From the NCBI GenBank assembly GCA_964539545.1, contig CAZIJG010000005.1, forward strand, positions 8,062 through 64,699: a stretch of 56,638 nucleotides of DNA, given 5' to 3'. Below are positions 17,180-30,282 of this stretch, piece after piece. This DNA is from an uncultured Gammaproteobacteria bacterium (GTDB taxonomy: Bacteria > Patescibacteriota > Patescibacteriia > Patescibacteriales > UBA12465). Numbering within the stretch: the stretch's first letter is position 1; each line of letters begins with the position of its first letter. Both the position numbers and the translations under genes were made by a program. Under the pieces are notes generated by a model that was not told the origin of the DNA, did not search any database, and saw only the letters and a list, made by a program, of their open reading frames with translations.

Positions 17180-19051
17180 ATGAATAAACTAGCCGAAAGA
17201 ATCTTCTATTTATCCCTAAGTACCCTAACTTTCTTAATAATTTGGGGAGCTTTAATTTATTGGACATTCTCTTTTAACCTGGCCGGAAAAATAGCCATTG
17301 TTTTATTAACCATTATTTCTACAGTCATACTATTCAAGAAAATAAACAAAAACTTTGGCTCAACTGAAAAACAGTCTCAATCTAATAACTACTTAGTATC
17401 TGCTATTTGGTTATTATTTTTTATAGGAGCTGTATTCTTTCTCTTCCGAGCTCAAAGCAGTCAAGCTTTAATTTCCCCTTGGGAACAAGTTAATTCTTGG
17501 TTCTTCTTAATATACGGGGGCTTAACTCTATTAACAGTTCATCTGACTTATAACAGAACTAAATTATCACAATTAATCACCTCCTTATTCTATTTATTAT
17601 CATTTTCTGTAGCTTTAATTGTTTATAAAATCGGTTATGGTTTTGACCCTTTTATACATCAGGCCACTGCTCAAATTATTGATCAACTAGGCCAAATTCA
17701 ACCTAAACCTTTTTATTATATCGGCCAATACAGTCTAATAATTATATTCAATAATATTCTAGGTATTTCCATAGAAATGCTTGATAAATTGCTCGTACCT
17801 GTTCTAGCCGCAATATTCTTACCGATAAGTTTTAGGTTATTCTGGCAGCGATACTTTCCTCAAGATCGCGCTCTAACTATAACCACATTATTATTATTAC
17901 TACCCTTCTCTATATTCATAATCACTACTCCTCAGAACCTCGCTTTTCTACTATTAATCATCTCTTTATTTTTAAACCTAACTCTCCGGTCCAAATATCT
18001 TCTACTAAGCTCTCTGATTTCATTAGCAACACTTTTTGTGCATCCTATAGCCGGAATACCAGCTATTCTAATAACTATGGCTGGTTGGCTATACAGTCGA
18101 CGAAATAAACTAAATCCCAAATTAACTAAACTATCTTTTACGGGTATATTTCTTGCAGCTGTAATAGCTCTACCAGCAGCCTTTCTAATGTTAAACAAAG
18201 ATGGCCTTAATTGGGGTAATTTTAATCTTAATATATTTTCTTCTCTTAGCTGGGCCTATCAAGAAAGTCTATGGTTAAATTTCAACTACTTCTACAATTT
18301 CAATATTAGTTTGATTATTCTTGGCTTAATAATAACTGGTATTTTTCTTTGGCGTTATCACTACAAAACTCCAAAAATATTTATTCTACCATTACTATTC
18401 TCTCTAGCCTTTTTCATATCCTACCTGCTAAGCCAATTACTAAGTTTTGCTTTCTTAATTGATTATGAAAGAGACTATTATCGTCAGAGAATTTTAGTCT
18501 TATCTATAATCATGTCACTTCCTTTTATTGCTCTCACTTTTAAATATCTACTATCTAAAATACAAAAACAAAAAATCATTTGGCTAATTCTAATCTCATT
18601 AATTATTACTGCCTCTCTATATAATAGTTATCCTCGCTATGACCATTACTTTAACTCTCATGGCTATTCTTTATCTCAACAAGATGCTGATACTGTAGAA
18701 TTTATACAGTCAATTGCTGAAGATAATAATTACCTGGTGCTATCTAACCAGCAGGTTAGCGTAGCCGCTCTTAGAGAATTTGGGTTTAGTCGTTATTTAG
18801 CGAATGATCTATACTTTTATCCCATTCCTACTAGCGGACCACTTTATAAATACTACTTGCAGATGGTCTACGAATATCCTAATCAAAAAACTATGCAGAA
18901 GGCTATGACTCTAGCACAGGTTGATACTGGCTATTTAGTAATTAACAAATACTGGTGGGCAGCAAAAAAGATTATTGATGAAGCTAAATTAGAAGCTAAT
19001 GATTATTATAAATTATTTAATGGAGAGGTATTCGTTTTTATATATAAATAG
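17180..19051 (+). CDS. Large polytopic membrane protein of unknown function (GT-C-like architecture)
   Basis: 623 aa with about 13 hydrophobic helices followed by a ~150-aa soluble C-terminal domain. It is divergent from the GT39-like gene. Confidence 0.5.
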   Translation: MNKLAERIFYLSLSTLTFLIIWGALIYWTFSFNLAGKIAIVLLTIISTVILFKKINKNFGSTEKQSQSNNYLVSAIWLLFFIGAVFFLFRAQSSQALISPWEQVNSWFFLIYGGLTLLTVHLTYNRTKLSQLITSLFYLLSFSVALIVYKIGYGFDPFIHQATAQIIDQLGQIQPKPFYYIGQYSLIIIFNNILGISIEMLDKLLVPVLAAIFLPISFRLFWQRYFPQDRALTITTLLLLLPFSIFIITTPQNLAFLLLIISLFLNLTLRSKYLLLSSLISLATLFVHPIAGIPAILITMAGWLYSRRNKLNPKLTKLSFTGIFLAAVIALPAAFLMLNKDGLNWGNFNLNIFSSLSWAYQESLWLNFNYFYNFNISLIILGLIITGIFLWRYHYKTPKIFILPLLFSLAFFISYLLSQLLSFAFLIDYERDYYRQRILVLSIIMSLPFIALTFKYLLSKIQKQKIIWLILISLIITASLYNSYPRYDHYFNSHGYSLSQQDADTVEFIQSIAEDNNYLVLSNQQVSVAALREFGFSRYLANDLYFYPIPTSGPLYKYYLQMVYEYPNQKTMQKAMTLAQVDTGYLVINKYWWAAKKIIDEAKLEANDYYKLFNGEVFVFIYK

Positions 19052-19061
19052 TTTTAAATAA

Positions 19062-19091
19062 TAAAAACAGACCGTTAGGCCTGTTTTTTTA
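19062..19091. terminator. Bidirectional terminator between convergent genes
   Basis: aaaaacagaccgttaggcctgttttttt: imperfect 7-bp stem flanked by A and T runs. Confidence 0.55.
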
Positions 19092-19101
19092 TTTTTAAAC
19101 T

Positions 19102-21498
19102 TTATCTATATTCTTCATAATCAAAGACGGGACCAATTACTAGCACGGGACGATCTTGGAAATTTCTAATCAAAGCCAATAACTTAACTCCATTAATCTT
19201 CTCTTCTAATTTTTTCTTTCCTGCCCCTTCAAAGGCTATCATCCCTTTATCTCCCTCTTCTATAACAATATACTTATGGCTAAAGTCATAAATAAGTTGA
19301 TGTTCTAATTCATCAATTTGTTCACCGCTAATTTGTTTCATGGATATATTCTTTAAACCCTCTAAGTCATGTTTCATTCCCTGTAGAATAAGGCCTACTG
19401 AACTCACTCCATCACTAACCTTCAGCGCTGCTAAAGTATCCTCAAGCATGGCTGTAGTGTTAATTAATTCATCAAAGAAATATATATTTGGTTCTATATA
19501 GTTATAATAGTTGATAGAACCAAAACTTTCTAAACCACCGACTTTCTCTTGTCCATATATACCAGATAATCCCAATTTGTCAGCCGGCAACTGGACATTA
19601 ATCCAAGAGGCTACGGCAGTATTCAAATGCTTATTCTCCCAGCTAGCTTGCTTAGCAAAGGCGGGTAGCGTGGCTGGAGGCTGAATGAATAAACTATTTA
19701 ATATATTTAAATTAGACCAATAATTATTTTCTTGCCAAGCTGGCGGATCTAATTGTTTCTTTAGTTTCAAGACCTGAGAATCGTAATTCTCATAGGCTGT
19801 ATTCTCAGCCCAATCGCCATAATCATTACCAGGAGCATGAAATAGATTAATAACATCCATACTATACCCCAAACAACGTTGATGTAGTTGATCCAAACGA
19901 CAACCTGTAAGTGGTTCATTGGTATCAGTCAAACGTAACCCTGTATTTGGAGATATTAAGTTAGAAAAAATATAATCATTTGGCCAATAAAAATCAGCTA
20001 AAATCTTTAAGCCTTGATAAGCATTGGAATCAGGATCAGATAAATCATATCCACCTCTAATTGAAGGATAATCGTATTCTAAAATTTTACCTTGTAACGC
20101 AGCAAAATTATTATCAGCCTCTAAATTATCTGAAGCAAACAACTCAGCAATAGAATAATCATCACCAAAAGCTGCTGCAGCAGCATCACGGTAATTAACG
20201 TAACTTAGGTCTTTACGTAACCCCTTAAAAAAGGCCATCACCTTATAAATCCTAGCCCATCTGTTCTTAATTCTTTCACTACTAGCGAAGTCTTGAACTA
20301 ACAATTGCGCGGCTATCATATTAACACGCCAATCATCTTTGTCTAATAAACAATCTGGACAACTTTCTCCTAAATAAAATAATGGGAAAACTACATTTAA
20401 CCACTTACCAGTTAGGTAAAAGTTGTTCAAACGAGAATTCTCTCTATATTCCTGGGGGACAATAAAATCTTTATAATTTCTCTGATAAAGCATTACTGGC
20501 GATTTAGTTAATAATTCGTGTTCACGAATTAATTTAACCTCCTGAACAACATCATCTCTTAAATAGTACGGTAAAACGAAATTAAAGATAGAAGTTTCTT
20601 GCTCGGTAAACTTGCTTTGGTCATTAATATCCAAATTTCTATTAATTTGATCCGGAGCTGGTTTTAATAATTCTAGAGAAACACCTAGATAAGCCAAGGC
20701 CAATCTTTCACCTTCTAAAATTGGGTCATTAACATTACCGATCTCTCTTAGATGATTCTCGTATCTAGCTCGAGACACTTCATATAGCTCTTTGTGTATT
20801 TCCCAAAGATTATTATAAAATATATTTTCTTCAATTTCTTTAAAAACCTTTTTCAAGTTTTGTTGGTAATAATACATTAAAAAGTCTGTAGTAATAACAA
20901 CTGGCACATCTTTTTGTTCTAGCCAATTATATACAGAATAGAAATCATTTGCATCTTCTACTATTGGATTATCCAATAAAGCAAACCCTTGGCTATTTAA
21001 ATCTTCAATTATCGAATCTAAATTAATTTTTCTGGCTACATCATAATAATTAATAGTGTCTACTTTAGTATTCAAAGGCAATTCATAACTACGTGCTTCT
21101 AAATCATAATTTTCCTCTGGCACAGCATAAAAATCAAAAAATGATAAATACTCAATATCTACACCAAATAAATCATCGCTGCCCTCTTCTTCTCCAAGCA
21201 AATCTAAATTACTTGGCAATCCGATGGCACCAGGATTTTCATCTACATCTAAATTGATATCAGGGGCCGTATATTCTGGCTTCGGGGAAGATCTAGAAAA
21301 ACTGATACCTGATTCGGCAATCAACCAATATAAACCAGTTAAAACTACTAGAACAATTATTGCTATAAATATTTTTTTAATTGTGTTATTAAAAGGCAAA
21401 AATCCAAACAATAATTTATTGCTTGGATAATTAATTTGATTTTGAGCTGGAACATTCTCAACCTGAGGCTGTTCCTGCTTTTGTTCTTGCTCAAACAT
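19102..21498 (-). CDS. Large membrane-anchored extracytoplasmic protein of unknown function (possibly DUF3160-like)
   Basis: 798 aa. Gln/Glu-rich N-terminus, a single TM helix (IFIAIIVLVVLTGLYWLIA), then a ~730-aa Cys-containing ectodomain. The DUF3160 assignment is from memory only. Confidence 0.5.
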   Translation of the reverse strand: MFEQEQKQEQPQVENVPAQNQINYPSNKLLFGFLPFNNTIKKIFIAIIVLVVLTGLYWLIAESGISFSRSSPKPEYTAPDINLDVDENPGAIGLPSNLDLLGEEEGSDDLFGVDIEYLSFFDFYAVPEENYDLEARSYELPLNTKVDTINYYDVARKINLDSIIEDLNSQGFALLDNPIVEDANDFYSVYNWLEQKDVPVVITTDFLMYYYQQNLKKVFKEIEENIFYNNLWEIHKELYEVSRARYENHLREIGNVNDPILEGERLALAYLGVSLELLKPAPDQINRNLDINDQSKFTEQETSIFNFVLPYYLRDDVVQEVKLIREHELLTKSPVMLYQRNYKDFIVPQEYRENSRLNNFYLTGKWLNVVFPLFYLGESCPDCLLDKDDWRVNMIAAQLLVQDFASSERIKNRWARIYKVMAFFKGLRKDLSYVNYRDAAAAAFGDDYSIAELFASDNLEADNNFAALQGKILEYDYPSIRGGYDLSDPDSNAYQGLKILADFYWPNDYIFSNLISPNTGLRLTDTNEPLTGCRLDQLHQRCLGYSMDVINLFHAPGNDYGDWAENTAYENYDSQVLKLKKQLDPPAWQENNYWSNLNILNSLFIQPPATLPAFAKQASWENKHLNTAVASWINVQLPADKLGLSGIYGQEKVGGLESFGSINYYNYIEPNIYFFDELINTTAMLEDTLAALKVSDGVSSVGLILQGMKHDLEGLKNISMKQISGEQIDELEHQLIYDFSHKYIVIEEGDKGMIAFEGAGKKKLEEKINGVKLLALIRNFQDRPVLVIGPVFDYEEYR

Positions 21499-21509
21499 AG
21501 AGCTTATAT

Positions 21510-22577
21510 TTAAGGTAAATATTTAACTTTATTACGTAAGTGTTCTTCATAGGTCACAGAGAAAACAGTTTCATCACTACCAACCGGACTTAAAAAATAA
21601 TTATAATTAGTATAAGTTGGATAAACCGCTGCTTCAATTGCTAGAAAACCGGGGTTAGATACTGGTGTTGGCGGTAAATCACGATTCCTATAGGTATTGT
21701 ATGGAGATTCTATGGCAGTGTCGTCTAAACTATACTGGGTTTTATATTCCCCTAGGATGTAAGCGAGCGAAGCACAAGATTCTAGAGCCTGTCCATTTTT
21801 TATTCTATCCCAAAATAAACCAGAAATAATTTTTGCATCAGTATTATTACCATTCTTGATAGTAGCTTCTTTTTCTATTAAAGAAGCCATGGTAATTACC
21901 TCGTGAATACTTCTCCCCTGTCTCTTAATTTCTTCTCTCATCTCTGTAGTTAACTTACGATCAAAGTTCTCTAACATCTTTATTACTAAATCTTCAATTT
22001 CAGCATCTTGATATAATAAATAAGTATCTGGAAATAAATAGCCCTCTAAACCATAGTAGTCCGGCTTATCTTTCAGAAAATCAAATCTATCTGAATAATC
22101 CTTAGGTTTTTCTATGTCTTTTTCAAAACGATAGTCTATTTGTGGAAATCCAATTAACTCTAATAATTCCTCACTTTGCCACATCCCCTGATTTTCTAAG
22201 TAAGAACTCATTTCTTTGGTAGTCCAGCCTTCAATAAACTGCACTTTTACCTCTTGACTGTTAGCCTTACCTTTACTAATAGCCCTAGCAATACTTCTGA
22301 CGCTCATAGCTGAACTCAATTGATACTCTCCTGCTTGCAATTTAGCTTGCAAGCCACTATTTCTAGCATATAGTACAAAAAGGTTCTTAGATTGAATTAG
22401 ATCATCATCTTTGAGTTGTTGAGCAATCTCAGCTAAACCAGTACCAGCAACAATCGTAATTATCTTTTCCTCACCCTTTTTATCAAAAGCTGAATTAATA
22501 TTAACCAAATAAAATAGAGAGAAAGTAATTAGGCCTAGAATAATAAAGATGCCTAAATAGGATAAAAGTTTTTTCAT
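21510..22577 (-). CDS. mltG: Endolytic murein transglycosylase (YceG family)
   Basis: N-terminal TM anchor plus ...ITMASLIEKEA...IESPYNTYRNRDLPPTPVSNPGFLAIEAAVYP (YceG signature). Confidence 0.9.
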   Translation of the reverse strand: MKKLLSYLGIFIILGLITFSLFYLVNINSAFDKKGEEKIITIVAGTGLAEIAQQLKDDDLIQSKNLFVLYARNSGLQAKLQAGEYQLSSAMSVRSIARAISKGKANSQEVKVQFIEGWTTKEMSSYLENQGMWQSEELLELIGFPQIDYRFEKDIEKPKDYSDRFDFLKDKPDYYGLEGYLFPDTYLLYQDAEIEDLVIKMLENFDRKLTTEMREEIKRQGRSIHEVITMASLIEKEATIKNGNNTDAKIISGLFWDRIKNGQALESCASLAYILGEYKTQYSLDDTAIESPYNTYRNRDLPPTPVSNPGFLAIEAAVYPTYTNYNYFLSPVGSDETVFSVTYEEHLRNKVKYLP

Positions 22578-23008
22578 ATTTTTTTCTTGTTCTGTGCCTG
22601 AGCGATTAATTTCGAACTAGCTCTGATCTTTTTACCCAAACCATCCACCATTTTTATTTTTAATTGTTCACAAACATCTACTTCTGGCACGTCATTAACA
22701 CTCTTACGGTCTCCGCCATTAGCAAAAATATCTGGCTTTAATTTAGCTAACGATTCGCAAACCGTTAGGTCCTGGTCTACAGATAAAAATACCTCGTCTA
22801 CATCTCGGAGGGCTTGTATTATTTTAACCCTATCTTGTTCGCTCATGAAAGGCACTCTACCTTTAATCATTACCTGTCTATCATTATTTACTATAGCTAC
22901 CAAATAATCACCTATTTTCTTAGCCTGTTTAATCATATCTAGATGGCCAACATGTAGGGGATTAAAATAACCACTAACTGCCACTACAGTCTTTTTCTTT
23001 TTTGTCAT
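22574..23008 (-). CDS. Cytidylyl/adenylyltransferase family protein (TagD / RfaE-domain-II-like)
   Basis: VAVSGYFNPLHVGHLDMIKQAKKIGDYLVAIVNND carries the (H/T)xGH nucleotidyltransferase motif. 144 aa. The stop overlaps the mltG start by 4 nt (ATGA). Confidence 0.8.
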   Translation of the reverse strand: MTKKKKTVVAVSGYFNPLHVGHLDMIKQAKKIGDYLVAIVNNDRQVMIKGRVPFMSEQDRVKIIQALRDVDEVFLSVDQDLTVCESLAKLKPDIFANGGDRKSVNDVPEVDVCEQLKIKMVDGLGKKIRASSKLIAQAQNKKKI

Positions 23009-23071
23009 AATAAATTGGATTATATCTATATTTTAGCAGAAAAATGGACAAGAGAAAAGTAACCAATATCT

Positions 23072-23100
23072 TTGACAGGAGCACTAAAAAATGATAGCAT
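23072..23100 (+). promoter_or_regulatory. Putative promoter for the 23131 ORF
   Basis: TTGACA (23072-23077), 17-nt spacer, TAGCAT (23095-23100). Confidence 0.35.
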
Positions 23101-23130
23101 ACTCTAATTGCTCATTTTAAAATATAAACC

Positions 23131-23706
23131 ATGGAAAAGAAAAAAAGAACAGGAATGTTTAGAACAGCTCTGGCAATTACTTGCGCAGTTATAGCAGTTA
23201 TTTTACTATTATTAGTTAAATATCCTAAAAAACCCACTGAAGAGAAACAAATACTTATTGAGAACACTCTCCTATTACAAGTATTTGAACAGGCAAAAAT
23301 TCTTACTGAGACTGAATTAGAGCTCGAAACCTTATCTTTCAAAACTATATCGTCAAAAAATAGTTTAATTACTTTCCTACAAACATTTAAGGCTAATGGC
23401 TTCAATGATTGGAAAATTAATTTTTTGAAAGACGGATTAGAATTATTATCTTCTGATCAGGAAATTAAATTGATATGTTTCTACGAAGATTTATTTCCGA
23501 AAGTAGATAGTGATTTTTTTGATGGAAATTGTTTTATTTCCTACAATCTAACTCGCTCCTATTTCCAAGATGGTTATATTATTCTGAGCTATGAAAGAGC
23601 TTTTTTTAGATTAATATTCACTTCATTGGTTCTAGGAGGATTTATAGCTATTGGAATAAAATATTTCTCCGTTAAACAATATCGTCTATATAAAGGTCGT
23701 ACTTAA
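23131..23706 (+). CDS. Hypothetical membrane protein (TM helices at the N and C termini)
   Basis: 191-aa ORF with an ATG start, a putative promoter upstream and a hairpin + T7 just after the stop. No recognisable family. Confidence 0.45.
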   Translation: MEKKKRTGMFRTALAITCAVIAVILLLLVKYPKKPTEEKQILIENTLLLQVFEQAKILTETELELETLSFKTISSKNSLITFLQTFKANGFNDWKINFLKDGLELLSSDQEIKLICFYEDLFPKVDSDFFDGNCFISYNLTRSYFQDGYIILSYERAFFRLIFTSLVLGGFIAIGIKYFSVKQYRLYKGRT

Positions 23707-23873
23707 CGGCCTTTTTTTAATATAAAAAAGAGAGCTAGATAACTTGGCCCCTAATGCAAACATTTAATCTAATTAAACTTAAAAAACAATTAGTAAGTTT
23801 AAACTCAACCATTGTATTTACTAATAAGAAAATTTACATTTAAATTATATCTCATTTATCTTAAGTTATAAAC

Positions 23874-23901
23874 AAAAAAGCGCTTAAATAAGCGCTTTTT
23901 T
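23874..23901. terminator. Terminator of the ATP synthase operon (bidirectional shape)
   Basis: aaaaaAGCGCTTaaatAAGCGCTttttt: 7-bp stem, 18 nt downstream of the atpC stop. Confidence 0.7.
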
Positions 23902-23919
23902 CATATATCTAAATAATTA

Positions 23920-24357
23920 TTACATTCCCTTAATGTTTTTCCATCGCTTAGCCGAGCGAGTCCTAGCCAGAGCCCTTTCTAACTGAGCGGAAATCTCAGC
24001 AAATCTCTCCCTATCTTCAGATCTTAGATTCTTTAGAGATTCCTCTGCCCTACTCTTAGCTTCCTCTGCCCTAGATATATCTATCTCTTCAGCTCTTTCT
24101 GCGGCATCTGCTAAAATTACAACCTTATCCAACAATACTTCCACAAACCCACCAGCCACAGACATAACACTTGCTTCTCCATCTGATTTAACTATTTCTA
24201 ACACCCCCGGCTTTAAATTAGATATTAAAGGAGTGTGTTCTGGCAGCACAGTAATATCTCCCTCTTCAGTTGGCACAGTAACTTGAAAAATCTCTTCTTG
24301 AAAGACTATACGCTCCGGAGTAACTATCTCAAATTTAATGATTTTTTTATTAGCCAT
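23920..24357 (-). CDS. atpC: F1 ATP synthase subunit epsilon
   Basis: FEIVTPERIVFQEEIFQVTVPTEEGDITVLPEHTPLISNLKPGVLEI... It is the last gene of the atp operon. Confidence 0.9.
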   Translation of the reverse strand: MANKKIIKFEIVTPERIVFQEEIFQVTVPTEEGDITVLPEHTPLISNLKPGVLEIVKSDGEASVMSVAGGFVEVLLDKVVILADAAERAEEIDISRAEEAKSRAEESLKNLRSEDRERFAEISAQLERALARTRSAKRWKNIKGM

Positions 24358-24365
24358 AATATTTA

Positions 24366-26697
<2,332 letters not shown>

Positions 26698-26711
26698 GGT
26701 GATTATATAAA

Positions 26712-28256
26712 TTACTCAACACTCTTCTCTGCTTGTAAATAATCTAAAGTGTCTTTGTAATCGTTAATAGCTTTTTCTAATTCTTTTTCAATCTCTTCAC
26801 CTAATTGACCAGTTTTTCTGATCTTATCTAAAACCTTATCGGCGGTGTCTACTAAATACTCTCTCAACCCAGCTTCAAATTCTGAAATCTTATCTACTGG
26901 AACATTATCCATATAACCTTTAATTAAAGAAAAATATACTGATACTTGCTCAGCTACATCCATTGGATTATATTGATCCTGTTTCAAAATTTCCATTAAT
27001 CTCTTACCTCTTTCTAATTTACCTCTAGTATCTTCATCTAAATCTGAGCCAAATTGAGCAAAGGCAGCTAACTCACGATATTGAGCAGCTTCCAGTCTCA
27101 TTTTACCAGCTACTTTCTTCATAGCTTTAATCTGGGCTGAAGAACCTACGCGAGACACAGATAAACCGGCATTAACAGCTGGTCTCTGACCTTGATAAAA
27201 TAGATCTGGTTCTAAATAAATTTGACCATCAGTAATAGAAATAACATTAGTAGGAATATAAGCAGCTACATCACCAGCCTGAGTTTCAATAATTGGTAAA
27301 GAGGTAATAGAGCCTCCACCAAAATCTGGATTTAATTTACACGATCTCTCTAATAAACGAGAATGCAAATAAAACACATCACCTGGATAAGCTTCTCTCC
27401 CTGGTGGACGACGTAATAGTAATGATACTTCACGATAAGCCACTGCGTGTTTAGATAAATCATCATAAACTACTAAAACATCCTCTCCCTTATCTAAAAA
27501 GTATTCAGCCATTGCAGTTCCAGCATAGGGAGCAAAATATAATAATGGAGCTGGGTCACTAGCACCGGCTACTATTACAGTAGTGTATTCCATAGCACCA
27601 GATTCTTCTAGTTTAGCTACTAAACCAGCCACTTTTGATTCTTTTTGACCGATTGCAACATAAATACATTTCATGTTTTGGCCCTTCTGATTAATGATAG
27701 TATCAATAGCGATGGCAGTCTTACCAGTTTGACGATCGCCAATAATAAGCTCTCGTTGACCACGCCCCACTGGGATCATAGCATCAATAGCCTTAATACC
27801 AGTTTGAACTGGCTGACTTACTGATTCTCTAGTAATAACACCTGGAGCAATTTTCTCTACTGGATAAAAAGTTTTAGTTTTAACTTCTTCTTTGCCATCA
27901 AGTGGTTGTCCAAGAGGATTTAATACACGCCCTGTTACATTTTCTCCTACTGGCACTTCTAAAATTCTCTTTAGGGCTACTACTTCATCTCCTTCTTTTA
28001 AATCTCCTATCTCGCCTAGGAGCACTGCTCCAACTGAATCTTCATCTAAATTTAGAGCTACGCCAAAAATCGAACCTGAAGTTGTTTTAAATTCAAGCAT
28101 TTCTGACATCATAGCGCTAGAAAGACCAGAAACCCTGGCAATACCGTCACCTACCTGGATTACCTGACCAAAAGTTTTTTCTTCGCTTTCTGATTTGAAA
28201 TTGTCTATTTGTTTTTTAAGTTGTTCTACGACAAAATCTTTAGTGTTATTCGCCAT
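26712..28256 (-). CDS. atpA: F1 ATP synthase subunit alpha
   Basis: ...[27 protein letters not shown]...[41 protein letters not shown]... Confidence 0.97.
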   Translation of the reverse strand: MANNTKDFVVEQLKKQIDNFKSESEEKTFGQVIQVGDGIARVSGLSSAMMSEMLEFKTTSGSIFGVALNLDEDSVGAVLLGEIGDLKEGDEVVALKRILEVPVGENVTGRVLNPLGQPLDGKEEVKTKTFYPVEKIAPGVITRESVSQPVQTGIKAIDAMIPVGRGQRELIIGDRQTGKTAIAIDTIINQKGQNMKCIYVAIGQKESKVAGLVAKLEESGAMEYTTVIVAGASDPAPLLYFAPYAGTAMAEYFLDKGEDVLVVYDDLSKHAVAYREVSLLLRRPPGREAYPGDVFYLHSRLLERSCKLNPDFGGGSITSLPIIETQAGDVAAYIPTNVISITDGQIYLEPDLFYQGQRPAVNAGLSVSRVGSSAQIKAMKKVAGKMRLEAAQYRELAAFAQFGSDLDEDTRGKLERGKRLMEILKQDQYNPMDVAEQVSVYFSLIKGYMDNVPVDKISEFEAGLREYLVDTADKVLDKIRKTGQLGEEIEKELEKAINDYKDTLDYLQAEKSVE

Positions 28257-28265
28257 ATTTTTAAA

Positions 28266-28667
28266 TTATTTTAATAATGAAGTTTTTAATTGATTTAATC
28301 TAGTTTTTAAACTGTTATCTAAAATTCTATCACCATATTTTACCACTAAACCACCGAGAATTTTTTTATTTACATTAAATGATACTTCAACTTTTTCTCC
28401 TTTTTCAATACCATTCAAATAATTAGTTACTTCAGCCATCAACTCTTCATCAAGAGCTTTAGCAGTGATCACCTTTGATTGAACAATACCAGTTTGTTTA
28501 TCATGTAATCTAGTAAAATAATATAAAATCTTCTCTAGCTGAGCAGCCTGATTATTCTTCTTCAATAATTTAGCAAAATCTTTTACTACCTCGAGTACTT
28601 CCACTTCTCCCTTACCAGCAACAACGTCTAGCAGTGCCTGGGCATATTGTTTAGGAGTAACTTTCAT
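28266..28667 (-). CDS. atpH: F1 ATP synthase subunit delta (short, 133 aa)
   Basis: Position between atpF and atpA. YAQALLDV... and the C-terminal ILGGLVVKYGDRILDNSLKTRLNQLK are OSCP/delta motifs. Confidence 0.75.
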   Translation of the reverse strand: MKVTPKQYAQALLDVVAGKGEVEVLEVVKDFAKLLKKNNQAAQLEKILYYFTRLHDKQTGIVQSKVITAKALDEELMAEVTNYLNGIEKGEKVEVSFNVNKKILGGLVVKYGDRILDNSLKTRLNQLKTSLLK

Positions 28668-28668
28668 A

Positions 28669-29163
28669 TTATTTTAATCCTTTAATAGCCTGAGCTACTA
28701 AATCTTTATCTTTTTTAGTATCTATTTTTTCCTGTAACACTTTTTCTACTGCTAAAATTACTAATTGAGAAACATCAGCTTTAATACTTTTCAAAGTCTC
28801 AGCTTTCTCCTGTTGAATCTTTTGTTTTTCATGATTAATAACTTCACCAATTTCCTCTTTGGCTTTATCTAGAATAACTCGTTTCTTGTCCTCAGCTTTA
28901 TATTTAGCTTCTTCCAAAATAACTAAAGCTTCTTTCTTAGCCTGAGAAATAACTTCTTTTTCTTTTCCTCTAGCTGCATTTAGTTTTTCTTCAGCGGCCT
29001 GAGCATCTTTCACTCCCTGACTCACTTTTTTACGACGCTTAGCTAATATATTCAAAATTGGTCTATAACCAAATTTCCATAGAATAAATAACAAAATCGC
29101 GAAATTAATTAATTGCGCTAACAAAACTTTTAAATTTAGCCCTAAAGCATCCAAGAGTTCCAT
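28669..29163 (-). CDS. atpF: Fo ATP synthase subunit b
   Basis: Single N-terminal TM helix (LLAQLINFAILLFILWKFGYRPI) followed by a long charged coiled helix. Operon position fits. Confidence 0.85.
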   Translation of the reverse strand: MELLDALGLNLKVLLAQLINFAILLFILWKFGYRPILNILAKRRKKVSQGVKDAQAAEEKLNAARGKEKEVISQAKKEALVILEEAKYKAEDKKRVILDKAKEEIGEVINHEKQKIQQEKAETLKSIKADVSQLVILAVEKVLQEKIDTKKDKDLVAQAIKGLK

Positions 29164-29188
29164 ATTGGTTTCAAGTTAAATAAAAAAT

Positions 29189-29230
29189 AAAGTCTCCCAA
29201 CCCTAGTATTTCCAGAGTTGGCAGGGCTTT
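29189..29230 (-). terminator. Intra-operon stem-loop / partial terminator after atpE
   Basis: On the minus strand: aaagccctgCCAACtctggaaatactagGGTTGGgagacttt followed by attttttatt. It lies in the 72-nt atpE-atpF spacer. Confidence 0.35.
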
Positions 29231-29235
29231 ATTCT

Positions 29236-29490
<255 letters not shown>

Positions 29491-29533
29491 TTAAATTCAA
29501 ACCTACCGTAATTATTATTATTTTAATTTATTA

Positions 29534-30277
29534 TTATTCATTGGTGACTTCTTCTAATTCAGAAGCCATGGAAATAAATACCAAAGTCAAAACTGCAAAC
29601 ACGAAAGCTTGTACTACTGCGGTCAATAGTCCCAAAAACATGAATGGTAGTGGGATAAAAAATGGAGCTAAAAACAACATTACAGCTCCTAACACTTCGC
29701 CAGCAAAAATATTACCAAATAAACGGAAAGACAAAGACACAATCTTAGCTACTTCACTAATTAATTCCATCAATCCTAAAAAGAATTTTAATGGATTTTT
29801 AAAAGTAATAAATTTACCTAAATACTTCCAAGGTCCAACCGTAGCGATTGCCACCACCTGGGCAGTAATCACAGAAATTAAAGTCATAACAAGTACCATA
29901 CCATAATCAGACATTACTGCCCTAAATATTGATACAGTCTCGCCTCCTCTATATAAAGTAACAGCTGATTGGCCAGGAATATATACTGCTAAATTTGCCA
30001 CTAGGGCAAAAAAGAACATGGTAAATACTAATGGGTAGACTCTCTGAGTTTTCTTACCAGGACCCATAATTGATTCTACAAACTCATAACTACCTTCTAT
30101 CAATGCCTCTAGAAAATTCTGAAACTTACCAGGAATTAATTTTAGAGATCTGGTAGCTGAACCAAATACTATAATCAAAAATAGACTGATAACCAACGAC
30201 CATATAAAGGTATTAGTAACCGGAAATCCTCCTAAAAAAAATAGAACATCAGGAGCCAGTGAAATATTTAAATCCAT
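29534..30277 (-). CDS. atpB: Fo ATP synthase subunit a
   Basis: ...KIVSLSFRLFGNIFAGEVL... contains the essential Arg motif. 247 aa, polytopic. Confidence 0.92.
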   Translation of the reverse strand: MDLNISLAPDVLFFLGGFPVTNTFIWSLVISLFLIIVFGSATRSLKLIPGKFQNFLEALIEGSYEFVESIMGPGKKTQRVYPLVFTMFFFALVANLAVYIPGQSAVTLYRGGETVSIFRAVMSDYGMVLVMTLISVITAQVVAIATVGPWKYLGKFITFKNPLKFFLGLMELISEVAKIVSLSFRLFGNIFAGEVLGAVMLFLAPFFIPLPFMFLGLLTAVVQAFVFAVLTLVFISMASELEEVTNE

Positions 30278-30282
30278 AGTAA

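Noticed and set aside
23707-23919. 213-nt gap between convergent genes, examined for an sRNA or small ORF
   Set aside because: It contains only two terminator hairpins (near 23687-23713 and 23874-23901) and a weak AT-rich stem (aaactta/taagttt). There is no promoter-like element or conserved motif that I can recognise.
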